64,000 nt of DNA. Source: Bacteroidales bacterium. Its GTDB lineage: Bacteria > Bacteroidota > Bacteroidia > Bacteroidales > UBA932. Below the pieces are notes generated by a model. That model was not told where the DNA came from. It saw only the letters and a program-made list of their open reading frames with translations, and did no database searches. Position numbers and translations under genes: made by a program. The stretch is taken from assembly GCA_017469425.1 (NCBI GenBank), contig JAFUGJ010000034.1:18074-82073 (forward strand), read 5' to 3'. This document shows, piece by piece, positions 40,615 to 50,759 of this stretch (its first letter is position 1; the number at the start of each line of letters is the position of its first letter).

Positions 40615-42522
40615 ATGGGAAAAATCATTGGAATCGACCTTGGAACTACCAACAGTTGCGTAGCGGTCATGGAAGGCAACCAGCCTACCGTCATTATCAA
40701 TAACGAGGGTCAGCGCACCACTCCTTCTGTGGTGGCTTTCACCGACGATGGCGAGCGTAAAGTGGGTAATCCCGCCAAGCGCCAGGCCATCACCAATCCT
40801 AAAAACACCGTCTTCTCCATCAAGCGTTTCATGGGTGAGACCTTCGACCAGGTGGGCCGCGAGACCTCGCGCGTGCCTTACAGCGTAGTGAAAGGAGAGA
40901 ACAACACGCCCCGCGTAGACATCAACGGCCGTCTTTACTCTCCTCAGGAAATCAGCGCAATCATTCTCCAGAAGATGAAGAAGACAGCAGAGGATTATCT
41001 GCGCCAGCCTGTTACCGAGGCTGTCATTACCGTGCCTGCATACTTCTCCGATTCCCAGCGCCAGGCTACGAAAGAAGCAGGCAAGATTGCCGGTCTGGAT
41101 GTAAAGCGAATCATCAATGAGCCTACCGCGGCGGCCCTTGCCTACGGTCTTGACAAGAAGAACAAGAATATGAAGGTTGCCGTCTACGACCTTGGCGGCG
41201 GTACTTTCGATATTTCCATCCTTGAACTTGGCGACGGCGTGTTCGAAGTCAAATCCACCAATGGTGACACCCATCTCGGAGGTGATGATTTCGACCAGGT
41301 AATCATCGAATGGCTCGCAGGCGAATTCGCTTCCGAAAACGGCGGCATCGACCTCAGGAAGGACCCCATGGCCCTCCAGCGCCTCAAGGAAGCTGCAGAG
41401 AAGGCTAAGATTGAGCTTTCCAACCAGACCAGCACGGAAATCAATCTTCCTTATATCACCGCAGTTGACGGCGTACCCCGCCACCTTGTAAAGAGTCTTT
41501 CCCGCGCAAAGTTCGAAGCCCTCTGCGACAATCTTTTCCAGCGCAGCATCGAGCCTTGCCGCAAGGCCCTGCAGGATGCTCATCTGAGCACTTCCGACAT
41601 CGACGAAGTCCTGCTCGTAGGCGGTTCCACCCGTATCCCCAAGATTCAGGAGCTCGTGAAGCAGTTCTTCGGAAAGGAACCCAACAAGAGCGTGAATCCC
41701 GACGAGGTCGTTGCAATCGGCGCTTCCATCCAGGGCGGTGTGCTCGCAGGCGATGTGAAGGATGTCCTTCTTCTCGATGTCACTCCTCTTAGCCTCGGTA
41801 TCGAAACCCTTGGCGGAGTGATGACCAAGCTCATCGAAAGCAATACCACCATTCCTGTACACAAGGAGCAGGTGTTCAGCACCGCTGCCGACAACCAGCC
41901 TTCAGTGGAAATCCGAGTGCTTCAGGGCGAGCGCCCCATGGCAAAGGACAACAAGCAGATTGGCATCTTCCATCTCGACGGCATAGCTCCCGCGCCCCGC
42001 GGAATCCCTCAGATTGAGGTTTCGTTCGACATCGACACCAACGGTATCCTGAGCGTTTCGGCAAAGGACAAGAGTACCGGCAAGGAGCAGCATATCCGCA
42101 TCGAAGCTTCCAGCGGACTGAGCGAGGACGAAATCAAGCGCATGCGCGACGAGGCCAAGGCCAATGAAGATGCCGACAAGGCTGCAAAGGAGCGCGTTGA
42201 CAAAATCAACAACGCCGATGCCCTCTGCTTCCAGGCCGAGAAATTCCTGAAGGACAATGGCGACAAGGTTCCTGCCGATGTGAAAGCTGAGGTGGAAAGC
42301 AACCTGAATCCTTTGAAGGAAGCCGTGAAGAACCAGAATGTCGCGGATATCGACCGCTACAGCGAAGCTCTCAGCAAGGCTTTTGAAAAGATGTACCAGG
42401 CTGGTGCACAGGCCGGACAGGCCGGTCCTCAGGGCGGATTCGACCCTAATCAGGGAGGCCCCCAGGGTGGTCCTCAGGGCCCCGGTCCGGATTACGGCGG
42501 CGGCGCTCCTGACGAGCAGTAA
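40615..42522 (+). CDS. dnaK: molecular chaperone DnaK
   Basis: [41 protein letters not shown] at 40615. Confidence 0.98.
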   Translation: MGKIIGIDLGTTNSCVAVMEGNQPTVIINNEGQRTTPSVVAFTDDGERKVGNPAKRQAITNPKNTVFSIKRFMGETFDQVGRETSRVPYSVVKGENNTPRVDINGRLYSPQEISAIILQKMKKTAEDYLRQPVTEAVITVPAYFSDSQRQATKEAGKIAGLDVKRIINEPTAAALAYGLDKKNKNMKVAVYDLGGGTFDISILELGDGVFEVKSTNGDTHLGGDDFDQVIIEWLAGEFASENGGIDLRKDPMALQRLKEAAEKAKIELSNQTSTEINLPYITAVDGVPRHLVKSLSRAKFEALCDNLFQRSIEPCRKALQDAHLSTSDIDEVLLVGGSTRIPKIQELVKQFFGKEPNKSVNPDEVVAIGASIQGGVLAGDVKDVLLLDVTPLSLGIETLGGVMTKLIESNTTIPVHKEQVFSTAADNQPSVEIRVLQGERPMAKDNKQIGIFHLDGIAPAPRGIPQIEVSFDIDTNGILSVSAKDKSTGKEQHIRIEASSGLSEDEIKRMRDEAKANEDADKAAKERVDKINNADALCFQAEKFLKDNGDKVPADVKAEVESNLNPLKEAVKNQNVADIDRYSEALSKAFEKMYQAGAQAGQAGPQGGFDPNQGGPQGGPQGPGPDYGGGAPDEQ

Positions 42523-42930
42523 TCATTCAAGGCTGCGGACTACAAGGGCAATCCTGTTCTTAGACGACCAAAGCCAGACTTTGTCACCTTCGAGCTTCAA
42601 AACCTCGAAGGTGGTTTTTTTATTGTGCAGGTTGTTTCCGGTAGTCCATGAAACGGTGCCACTGACTTTCATGCCTGCTTCGGACGGAAACTCATCAAGG
42701 GTAAGCGAGTAGAAGTCCGACATGTTGTCGCTGTGGACTCGGAATTCGCATTTGTCGCGGTTGAAAGAGACCTGGCAGCTCAGGGGATCGTAGAGGAAAG
42801 TGGTGAAGCCTTTTATTTCAATGCGCAGGTTTCCGTACTCGACAAAACTTTGCGACAGCGATTCTTCCTGGCACGAGCACGCCAGCATCATGACGGACAG
42901 GATGGTGCTTATGATATTGAGCTGCTTCAT
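42523..42930 (-). CDS. hypothetical lipoprotein
   Basis: Signal peptide with lipobox-like LACSC; ATG overlaps the stop of the M6 protease gene. Confidence 0.7.
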   Translation of the reverse strand: MKQLNIISTILSVMMLACSCQEESLSQSFVEYGNLRIEIKGFTTFLYDPLSCQVSFNRDKCEFRVHSDNMSDFYSLTLDEFPSEAGMKVSGTVSWTTGNNLHNKKTTFEVLKLEGDKVWLWSSKNRIALVVRSLE

Positions 42931-44645
42931 CTGACAGTGATTTCTTTTATGATGACATCCGTGCTGCCGTCGGCATTGTGGATTCTGGCTTTAAGTGTTC
43001 CGCTGCCCGGAATCGTCCAGTATCCGTCGGCTTCGGTGCGGACAGGTCTTCCGTCGAACAGCCATTCAGTCTGTTCAACTTCCACTGCATTGTATACTAT
43101 GAGCGGAATGCGCGTTCCGGGAGGGAAACTGCCATCCTCGTTGCGGGAGACATCTCCGAAATAAATGAATCTGTAAATGCTGCTCCGGTAGTTGAGGGTG
43201 GAAAACTGCCCTGTGGCTGCAAAAGTGCTGCCGCCTTTGCACCATAGCTGTATGGCAAAATGGTAGCGGCTGCCGTGCCGGAGAGAGTCCAGGGTGCAGC
43301 TGAAAGCTTCCGGCCCGGAAGGTCGGACGATTTTCTCCCGCTGGGATTGGGAATCGGACCACCAGTTAATCTTGCAGCTGTCGACAGGATTCATCTGGGG
43401 AGAAATTGTCCAGGAGATGATGGCGCTGCTCTGGAATGCTTTGATTTCTTCTATCCGAATGGGCTCCAGCAGTACAAATGAAATTGAGCCGTCGTATTCT
43501 CTGCTTATATTGGTCAAGGCAAGGGGAGAGGGGGCGAAGCAGTCGGCTCCGGGCTGCGGCCAGAAGGCATATCTTATGTCTGAAGAATCGGGCAAAGCCC
43601 TTATCAGGTCCGCGCATGGGAAGTCCGGATTGCAGTTGACCTGGTTGTGCCGCCATCTCTCGGCAGCCGTCAGGTTTCTCTGGAAGAATGTGGAGTAGCC
43701 TGCATCGGAGTCGCTGCGGTCGAGCCTGTAGATGAGCATCCCTTCTCCTCCGATGAAGCTGTCGTTGCCAAGGCTGCGGCGGTTCTCCATCAGGAAGCAA
43801 CAGTCGGGCTTGCCTGTAGGAAGGATTCCGTATTCCCCTTCCAAGTCAATGGGGGCCAGAACATACCTTCCCGGCTCCTCCAGGACGACGGCTTTGCCTA
43901 TGCCCAGCAGATGGCGGTCGATTGCATTCAGGTTCGGCGGAGTATTTCCCCCGTCGTTCAGGTTCCCATAATCCATGAGGGCCGTATTCCTGCCAAGGCC
44001 GGGATGCAGGCCGCCGCTTCCTTCGGCATCGGTGTCATACATGTCCTGCAGTCCGAGAAGATGCCCGAATTCGTGGGCTGCCGTGCCTATTCCTGCAATC
44101 GCTCCGTCTGCGTTCAGCTCCGGAACGACGCTGTATTGGGTGATTCTTTTTCCGTCGGCAGTAAGCGATGCGTTGTCGGCATCCAGGCTGTTGGTCTGCG
44201 GCCAGAACATGTCCTGCCCGCCGCCCAGTGCTTCGGAAATGCCGGGAACTACAATGATGAGGGCGTCAATGTTCCCGTCGGAATCATTGTCGTATTGTGA
44301 AAAATCCGTATGCTCGTCGGCAGCTTTTACTGCAGCAATCACCAGGCGGAAAATGAGGGCATCCCTTTTGTTGGTCGTGTTCGTTCCGTAATAAGAGTAG
44401 GAATGAGCGATGTTTACTGTTTCTACGGGTTCGAAGCTGAATTTTTTCTGCGGGCCGAACTGCGCATCATAATAAAGTGAGAGTTCTTTTGCAAGGCTGT
44501 CGGATGTCTCTTTGCTCCCATGGAGGGCCAAATCGGAAAACTGAACATATATTATCGGCACCCTGAATACATCCTCGCAGCGGGATGGTACAGGGAAGGC
44601 TGCGAAGCAGAAAATAATGGTCAGGAGTGCCAGGATACGCTTCAT
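42927..44645 (-). CDS. M6 family (immune inhibitor A-like) secreted metalloprotease
   Basis: Signal peptide MKRILALL; DFSQYDNDSDGNID, AHEFGHLLGLQDMYD, ALMDYG, LMENR, GMLIYRLD. Confidence 0.88.
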   Translation of the reverse strand: MKRILALLTIIFCFAAFPVPSRCEDVFRVPIIYVQFSDLALHGSKETSDSLAKELSLYYDAQFGPQKKFSFEPVETVNIAHSYSYYGTNTTNKRDALIFRLVIAAVKAADEHTDFSQYDNDSDGNIDALIIVVPGISEALGGGQDMFWPQTNSLDADNASLTADGKRITQYSVVPELNADGAIAGIGTAAHEFGHLLGLQDMYDTDAEGSGGLHPGLGRNTALMDYGNLNDGGNTPPNLNAIDRHLLGIGKAVVLEEPGRYVLAPIDLEGEYGILPTGKPDCCFLMENRRSLGNDSFIGGEGMLIYRLDRSDSDAGYSTFFQRNLTAAERWRHNQVNCNPDFPCADLIRALPDSSDIRYAFWPQPGADCFAPSPLALTNISREYDGSISFVLLEPIRIEEIKAFQSSAIISWTISPQMNPVDSCKINWWSDSQSQREKIVRPSGPEAFSCTLDSLRHGSRYHFAIQLWCKGGSTFAATGQFSTLNYRSSIYRFIYFGDVSRNEDGSFPPGTRIPLIVYNAVEVEQTEWLFDGRPVRTEADGYWTIPGSGTLKARIHNADGSTDVIIKEITVR

Positions 44646-44671
44646 GCCCTCAAAGTTAGCCAAAGAAAGAC

Positions 44672-44712
44672 AAAAATGCAAAGGGCCGCCAGCCTCACGG
44701 CCCTCGACCCTT
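44672..44712 (-). terminator. terminator-like hairpin ending the histone-like gene transcript or a candidate sRNA
   Basis: Minus strand GGGTCG-AG-GGCC-GTGA-GGCT-GG-CGGCCC followed by TTTGCATTTTT. Confidence 0.65.
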
Positions 44713-44793
44713 AGACGTGTACTAAAACCTAAACCTGCAATAAAGATGCAGGCGGTTTTATAAACGTTGCATAAATTTATTGAAATTAATCAA

Positions 44794-44970
44794 TTATTTC
44801 TTTGCAGCTTCTACAGAAACCTTGCGGAACTCTTTGAGATCTTTCATGAGTTCAAGAGCGGCTTTGCGGGCGCGTGCACCGGCAGCCTTGTTTCCCTTTA
44901 CGAGCTGAGCCTCTGCGTTTACCTGGAAATCAGCGATTCCTGCATTGATTTTTTCAACAAGCTTTTTCAT
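44794..44970 (-). CDS. histone H1-like small basic protein (Bacteroidetes Hc1-like), 58 aa, absent from the ORF track
   Basis: MKKLVEKINAGIADFQVNAEAQLVKGNKAAGARARKAALELMKDLKEFRKVSVEAAKK*; GNKAAGxRARK...KEFRKxS signature. Confidence 0.9.
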   Translation of the reverse strand: MKKLVEKINAGIADFQVNAEAQLVKGNKAAGARARKAALELMKDLKEFRKVSVEAAKK

Positions 44971-45085
44971 TTTTCTGAAATTTAATGGTTTATAAAATAG
45001 TACTGTTATGTGTTCTCAATTAGCAATGTGCAAGGTAATCAATTAGTTAAATATTTGCAAAGATTTTTTGAAAAATCTTTGTTTT

Positions 45086-45664
45086 TTACCTCTTTTTTGC
45101 GTTCAAAGAGTTCATTGCGCGGTCGATTCCGGCAAAAATCCAGTCATTTATGCCTTGAATTATAAAAGAACTGTCGTTTTGTACCTGTTTGAGCTCTTCT
45201 TCGCTGAAATTGCCGAGCACATAGTCAATCTGCCCTGCCGGTCCGAAATCGTGTCCGATACCATAGCGGATGCGGGCGTAATCGCGGCTTTCCAAGGCTT
45301 CTTCGATGCTTTCCAGCCCGTTGTGTCCTCCTGTACTGCCTTTGGCTCTCATGCGTATGGTTCCGAATGGAAGATTGATGTCATCGCAGATGACCATGAG
45401 CCGTTCGTTCGTGACAGGAAGCTTGCCCAGCCAGTATCGGACGGCTTTGCCGCTGAGATTCATGTATGTTGAAGGTTTCAGCAGATAAATGCTGCGGCCC
45501 TTGATGCTGAGTTCCGCAATGTCGCCATAGCGCTGCGTGGAAAAAGAAATATTGGATGCGTGGGCCCACGCATCCAATATCATGAATCCGATGTTGTGGC
45601 GGGTGGCGGCGTACTCGGGGCCGATGTTGCCCAATCCTGCTACAAGATAGCTCTCGCCTGCCAT
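45086..45664 (-). CDS. pth: peptidyl-tRNA hydrolase
   Basis: GLGNIG, TRHNIGF, KPSTYMNLSG, GGHNGL. Confidence 0.96.
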   Translation of the reverse strand: MAGESYLVAGLGNIGPEYAATRHNIGFMILDAWAHASNISFSTQRYGDIAELSIKGRSIYLLKPSTYMNLSGKAVRYWLGKLPVTNERLMVICDDINLPFGTIRMRAKGSTGGHNGLESIEEALESRDYARIRYGIGHDFGPAGQIDYVLGNFSEEELKQVQNDSSFIIQGINDWIFAGIDRAMNSLNAKKR

Positions 45665-45676
45665 GACCGCTTTTGG

Positions 45677-46252
45677 TTATTCGGCTGCAGCCGAGGTATC
45701 CACATTGCGGGTTGTCTTGACGAAGCAGAGGACTGCGTCCTTGTCGGTAAGAACGGATACCTTTTCGACCTTTACATCGGCTGCCTTGATTTTGGCGGCG
45801 AGGTCGAGTTTGCTGATGTCGATGGTGATGTCATCGGGAAGGTTCTCCATGGTTGCGCTGATGCGGAGGTTCCTTGCGTTGGGAACGAACTTGCCACCCT
45901 TCTGTACACCGATTGCATGGCCTTCGAACTTGATAGGCACATTGATGGCGATGGGTTTGGTCTCGTTCACTACGAGGAAGTCGATGTGCAGGCAGTTGTC
46001 CTTTACGGGGTGGAACTGAAGCTCGTGGAGAACTACGGTGCAGGTCTTGTCACCATCGAGGGTGAGGTCGATGATGTGGGAATAGGGAGTCTCGATGAGC
46101 CCCTTGATGTCCTTTTCGCTGACGGTGAAAAGAACATTCTCGATACCCTGTCCATAAAGATTGCAAGGGATGAGTCCCTGCTTGCGGAAAGCCTTGATGA
46201 CGGCTTTGTTGCCGACCTTGCGGGTCTGGCCATTCAATGCGAAATGTTTCAT
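45677..46252 (-). CDS. rplY: 50S ribosomal protein L25 / Ctc
   Basis: RKQGLIPCNLYG, ELQFHPV, LHIDF, GVQKGG; adjacent to pth. Confidence 0.95.
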   Translation of the reverse strand: MKHFALNGQTRKVGNKAVIKAFRKQGLIPCNLYGQGIENVLFTVSEKDIKGLIETPYSHIIDLTLDGDKTCTVVLHELQFHPVKDNCLHIDFLVVNETKPIAINVPIKFEGHAIGVQKGGKFVPNARNLRISATMENLPDDITIDISKLDLAAKIKAADVKVEKVSVLTDKDAVLCFVKTTRNVDTSAAAE

Positions 46253-46360
46253 TTCTTTTTTGTTAAAATGTGTTACTCAATCCGGAAAACCGGTCCGGAT
46301 CCCATTGCACCAAAGCCCTTTACGGGTTTTATTTGCGGGCGCAAAGATATGAAAAAAAGC

Positions 46361-47644
46361 TTATTCCACCAAATTTGTCGCTTTATTCCATGCCAAAGTA
46401 CGGTAGAATCCGTCGAGCTGGCTGCTTCCGACGCTTGGAAGATACATGCTGAGGCCGCTGTAGGCATTGATGTCGAAACCACCGCTGCCGGAGAGGAAAC
46501 TGGGAGTGGCGGCCTTGTAGGGGATACATTCATCCAGCGCAGCTTCGAGTTCCTGCTTCTCGGAAGCGCTGATTCCGGCCTTGACAAGAATGTCTTCCAG
46601 GTCGTAAAACCAGTGATACGACCATCGGAAGTACGGTTGTACGCCGCTGTCGAGCCTGAGTGCAGCGATGCTGCTGCGGTATTTTTCAAAAAGGCCCCGG
46701 CATACATCGGCCAGTCTGTCCATACGGGAAGTCTGAACCAGACTGATTGTCGCGGAACGCCTGCTGCCGGACTGGGAATCGTACATGTTGAAGTAGGCTT
46801 CGCAGAAAGCTTCAGGACTCGGATTGTCCGAAATCAACAGCCCCATGTCGCTGAAATTGAATCCTGTAGTGAGAACTTCTGCCGGTGAAAAACCGACTTT
46901 TTCGACTTTTCCGCGGAACTCATAGGCGACTTCCACCCCTCCCATGAGGCAGGCGTCGAAAATCAGGTAATCCAGCGGAACGGTGATGGCGGCGGCCATA
47001 CTCTGGATGCTGAGTTCCATCGAATAGTTTACGCCGTCGGAGTTGTGCACTTCCGCCATGAAGGTCTTTACTCTTGGAGCGTCCGGGTCCTGATTGTAGT
47101 TGTACAGCGGCAGCTCCGCATCCGACGAGGCTGTTTTCTTTCCGAATTGTATGGGCTTATAGCTGCTTGTGCCATAGACTCCGGCAGGCAGCCACCCCGT
47201 GCCGTGCGACGATACGATTACGCCGTATTTGTGGTCGGGAAAACGGGATGCGATGAATTCCAGCACTTCTCTCAAAACCTCCGGGTCGGCGGCAGTGCGG
47301 TCGGAAGGAATCGTGAGCAGGGTGTCGGCGCAGATGTTGCCGAGGATGTCGGTGTAGTGCTCTGTCAGATAAAGTTCGGTTGGCGTGACAAAGTTTGCGT
47401 CGGATACCGACAGATGGGTGAACGACAGCATTTTGTGCGCAGAACTTTTCCGTGGCAGTTTACCCGAGACAATGGTCTGGAGATTGGCTGAGATGTCGGA
47501 TGAAAGGTTGTTGTAGCCTGCACCGTAGAAAAGCGTTACGGTAGCGACTTCGGATTTCTTCCCGTTGGAAAAAATCTTGCCGCAAGCGCTGAAGGCAAGC
47601 CCGGCAAGGCACACTGCCAAAAGTATGTTCCATTTCATCCGCAT
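46361..47644 (-). CDS. clostripain-related (C11) cysteine peptidase lipoprotein
   Basis: Lipobox FSAC; SSHGTGW (His), IFDACLMG (Cys), YSGLSMY. Confidence 0.88.
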   Translation of the reverse strand: MRMKWNILLAVCLAGLAFSACGKIFSNGKKSEVATVTLFYGAGYNNLSSDISANLQTIVSGKLPRKSSAHKMLSFTHLSVSDANFVTPTELYLTEHYTDILGNICADTLLTIPSDRTAADPEVLREVLEFIASRFPDHKYGVIVSSHGTGWLPAGVYGTSSYKPIQFGKKTASSDAELPLYNYNQDPDAPRVKTFMAEVHNSDGVNYSMELSIQSMAAAITVPLDYLIFDACLMGGVEVAYEFRGKVEKVGFSPAEVLTTGFNFSDMGLLISDNPSPEAFCEAYFNMYDSQSGSRRSATISLVQTSRMDRLADVCRGLFEKYRSSIAALRLDSGVQPYFRWSYHWFYDLEDILVKAGISASEKQELEAALDECIPYKAATPSFLSGSGGFDINAYSGLSMYLPSVGSSQLDGFYRTLAWNKATNLVE

Positions 47645-47683
47645 AGACCACAAAGATACATTTTTTATTTATATTTGCGTACA

Positions 47684-48565
47684 ATGATTCCGCAGACAGG
47701 GAAATTGCTGAAGCAATATGCTTATTACCTTCGCGTAGAGAGACAGATGTCGCCGAATACCGTGGCATCGTATGTCTCCGATGTCAGCTTTTTTCTGAAG
47801 CAATGCAGGACGGAGCCTGCTTCCATAGGCAGCGACGATATAGCTTCATTCCTCGCTGCTTCGTCAGACGGCCTTTCCAAGCGCAGCCAGGCCCGGAGGC
47901 TCAGTTCCCTGAGGTCGTTTTTCGACTGGCTTGTCATCGAGGGGGAGAGGAAAGACAACCCATGCGACAAGATTGATGCGCCCAAGCTCGGGCGGTACCT
48001 TCCGTCGGTGCTTACCGTCGAGGAGGTGGATGCCATAATCGACGGCGTGGATACGCGCACCTGGCAGGGCATGCGCGACAAGGCCATACTTGAAATGCTT
48101 TACGGCTGCGGCCTGAGAGTGTCCGAACTTTGCAATCTCAAAATCTCCGAAGTGTATCTTGAAGAAGCCTTTGTGAGGGTTACGGGCAAAGGCGACAAGG
48201 AAAGGCTTGTGCCCATGGGAGGAACGGCTGCCGAAGCTTTTCGGGAGTGGCTGTCCCGGAGGCCGGACAGCGCCTCCCCGGCCTACGACGACTATGCCTT
48301 CATCAACCGGTTCGGCAAGCCTTTGAGCAGAATATCGGTATTCAACATGATAAAAAAGGCCGCGTTGCTTTCAGGGGTGGACAAAGAGATTTCGCCTCAC
48401 ACTTTCCGGCACAGTTTCGCAACCCATCTGCTCGAAAACGGGGCCGACCTTCGCGTGGTCCAGGAAATGCTCGGGCATGAGAGCATCCTTACCACGGAAA
48501 TCTATACGCACATTGATACGGCCACCTGGCAGAGGACCATTCTGGAGCATCATCCTCGCGGATGA
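47684..48565 (+). CDS. xerD: chromosomal tyrosine recombinase XerD-like
   Basis: SQARRLSSLRSFF, LYGCGLRVSEL, GKGDKER, PHTFRHSFATHLL, VQEMLGHESILTTEIYTH. Confidence 0.85.
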   Translation: MIPQTGKLLKQYAYYLRVERQMSPNTVASYVSDVSFFLKQCRTEPASIGSDDIASFLAASSDGLSKRSQARRLSSLRSFFDWLVIEGERKDNPCDKIDAPKLGRYLPSVLTVEEVDAIIDGVDTRTWQGMRDKAILEMLYGCGLRVSELCNLKISEVYLEEAFVRVTGKGDKERLVPMGGTAAEAFREWLSRRPDSASPAYDDYAFINRFGKPLSRISVFNMIKKAALLSGVDKEISPHTFRHSFATHLLENGADLRVVQEMLGHESILTTEIYTHIDTATWQRTILEHHPRG

Positions 48566-48568
48566 ATC

Positions 48569-49138
48569 CTATTCTTCCGTCAAGGCTTTGTTGAAACATT
48601 CCCGGCAGAGAGGTTCGTAGATGTCCTTTTCGCCGAGGACTACCAGCTTCTTGCTCTTGCTCAGGCGGTGTGAATGGTTCGCAAGATTGCCGCAGCGGAC
48701 GCAGATGGCATGAACCTTCTGCACATCTTCCGCAATGGCCATAAGGGCGGGAATGGGCCCGAAAGGTTTGCCGAGGTAATCGGTGTCGAGACCGGCCGCA
48801 ATTACGCGTATGCCCCTGTTGGCGAGAGCCTGGCAGACCGAGGCGAGGTTGTCGCCGAAAAACTGGGCCTCGTCAATGCCTACGACCTGCACATCCGCCC
48901 CGACCTTCAGCATTTCAGCCGCATCCTTGATGGGTTTGCTGGTGATGCTGTGGCTGTCGTGCGACACCACTTCCACATCGGAGTAACGGTTGTCGACAGA
49001 AGGCTTGAAAATCGCTATTACCTGGTTTGCGAACTGGGCGCGGCGGAGCCTGCGGATGAGTTCTTCGGTTTTGCCGGAGAACATGGAGCCGCATACTACC
49101 TCTATGCAGCCTCGTTTGTTATTGTTTTCTGCGAACAT
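48569..49138 (-). CDS. tdk: thymidine kinase
   Basis: [33 protein letters not shown] at 49138. Confidence 0.96.
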   Translation of the reverse strand: MFAENNNKRGCIEVVCGSMFSGKTEELIRRLRRAQFANQVIAIFKPSVDNRYSDVEVVSHDSHSITSKPIKDAAEMLKVGADVQVVGIDEAQFFGDNLASVCQALANRGIRVIAAGLDTDYLGKPFGPIPALMAIAEDVQKVHAICVRCGNLANHSHRLSKSKKLVVLGEKDIYEPLCRECFNKALTEE

Positions 49139-49190
49139 TTTGGTTAAATTTGTCGTCGGGATATGCAAAGATAAAAAATAGTCCCGTTTT

Positions 49191-49901
49191 ATGAAAGGAA
49201 AACTTTACATAGTTCCGACCCCTGTGGGGAATCTCGAAGATATGACTCTCAGGGCGGTGAGAGTCCTGAAAGAGGCAGACCTCATCCTCGCGGAGGATAC
49301 CCGCACGAGTTCCGTCCTGCTGAAGCATTATGACATTTCGGCCCCGCTCCAGTCGCACCACAAATTCAACGAACGCCAGAGTACGGAACGGGTGAAGGAA
49401 CTGATACTTGCAGGAAAGAATGTCGCCCTCATAAGCGACGCCGGCACTCCCGGCATCAGCGACCCGGGATTTTTCCTTGCGAGGGCATGCGCCGCAGAAG
49501 GCATTGAAGTGCAGACTCTTCCGGGGGCCACTGCCTGCATTCCCGCCATAGTGTCGTCCGGGCTTCCGTGCGACCGTTTCTGTTTCGAGGGATTCCTGCC
49601 GCAGAAAAAAGGCAGGCAGACCATCCTGCAAGGGCTCGCGGGCGAGCAAAGGACAATGGTGTTCTATGAATCTCCCTACAGGCTGGTCAGGACCCTGGAG
49701 CAGTTTGCCGAGGTGTTCGGCGCGCAGAGGCAGTGCGGCGTGGCCCGGGAAATCTCCAAACTCCACGAGGAACATTGCAGGGGTACGCTTGCCGAAGTGC
49801 TTGAACATTTCCGTCAGAATGAGCCAAAAGGCGAAATCGTGATTGTCGTTGCGGGGGCTCCCGATGCTCCAAAGGCGGAACACCGCAATAAATACAGATA
49901 A
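49191..49901 (+). CDS. rsmI: 16S rRNA C1402 2'-O-methyltransferase
   Basis: [48 protein letters not shown]. Confidence 0.96.
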   Translation: MKGKLYIVPTPVGNLEDMTLRAVRVLKEADLILAEDTRTSSVLLKHYDISAPLQSHHKFNERQSTERVKELILAGKNVALISDAGTPGISDPGFFLARACAAEGIEVQTLPGATACIPAIVSSGLPCDRFCFEGFLPQKKGRQTILQGLAGEQRTMVFYESPYRLVRTLEQFAEVFGAQRQCGVAREISKLHEEHCRGTLAEVLEHFRQNEPKGEIVIVVAGAPDAPKAEHRNKYR

Positions 49902-49937
49902 ACCATCCGGACTGTTTCCGGATATAAACTTAAATAT

Positions 49938-50759
49938 ATGAAAGCTTCAACTCGTACGGGGGTTATATCCCTCGCTTTTCTCGTTTTGGGATTCCAACTT
50001 GCATTGTTCGTCCATAAAGCGGCGGTGGCGCGTATCGTTGCCAACCGTGACAGGCCGGATACGGTATTTGTCGTTGCAGGCCGGGAGGAGCCTTCAGAGG
50101 TCACGGGCTCCTCCGGGCGGCATTCCGGGAAGGCAAGAATGATATACGAACAGGCTCCGCAGCGGCGTGTGGAGAGCTTCCGCTTCAATCCCAACACGGC
50201 AGGCATGCCCGAATTGCAGCGCCTTGGTTTCAGTGAAAAGCAGGCGCAGTCGATTCTTAATTACCGCGAGAAAGGCGGCCGGTTCCGCCGCAAGGCCGAT
50301 TTTGCGAAATCTTTTGCCGTGCCTGATTCGGTTTACCGACGGCTTGAACCATATATCGACATCCCGAAAATCGACATTAACAAGGCTGATTCGGCCACCT
50401 TTGACTCTTTGCCCGGAATCGGAGGCTGGTTTGCACGCAGGATGGTAGAATACAGGGAGCAGCTGCGTGGCTACAGCTGCCCCGAGCAGCTCATGGAAAT
50501 CTATCACTTCGACCGGGAAAAGTATGACGGCCTCAAAGACCTCATCACCTGCAGCGCCTCCGAGCCGTATCCCTTCTGGTCCGGCTCGCTGGAGGACATA
50601 CGCATGCATCCGCATGTCCGCCGTTACGACACCGCCAGGGCCATAGTCCTCTACCGCGACAACACAGCTGCGGAACAGCACAATGTAGAGGGCCTGCTCT
50701 CAGCCGGAATAATAACTGAAGAGCAGGCCGTTAAACTACGCCGGTGCAGGCTGGATTAA
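49938..50759 (+). CDS. helix-hairpin-helix (ComEA-like) protein
   Basis: N-terminal TM; FNPNTA, IDINKAD...LPGIG...[10 protein letters not shown]. Confidence 0.85.
   Translation: MKASTRTGVISLAFLVLGFQLALFVHKAAVARIVANRDRPDTVFVVAGREEPSEVTGSSGRHSGKARMIYEQAPQRRVESFRFNPNTAGMPELQRLGFSEKQAQSILNYREKGGRFRRKADFAKSFAVPDSVYRRLEPYIDIPKIDINKADSATFDSLPGIGGWFARRMVEYREQLRGYSCPEQLMEIYHFDREKYDGLKDLITCSASEPYPFWSGSLEDIRMHPHVRRYDTARAIVLYRDNTAAEQHNVEGLLSAGIITEEQAVKLRRCRLD

Noticed and set aside
42400-42522. Short repeats at the 3' end of dnaK (GGPQ units)
   Set aside because: Ordinary low-complexity DnaK tail, not an array.
47684-48565. Tyrosine recombinase as the integrase of a mobile element
   Set aside because: XerD size and motifs, housekeeping neighbours, no att repeats or cargo, and the tRNAs are over 8 kb away with no duplicated 3' end.
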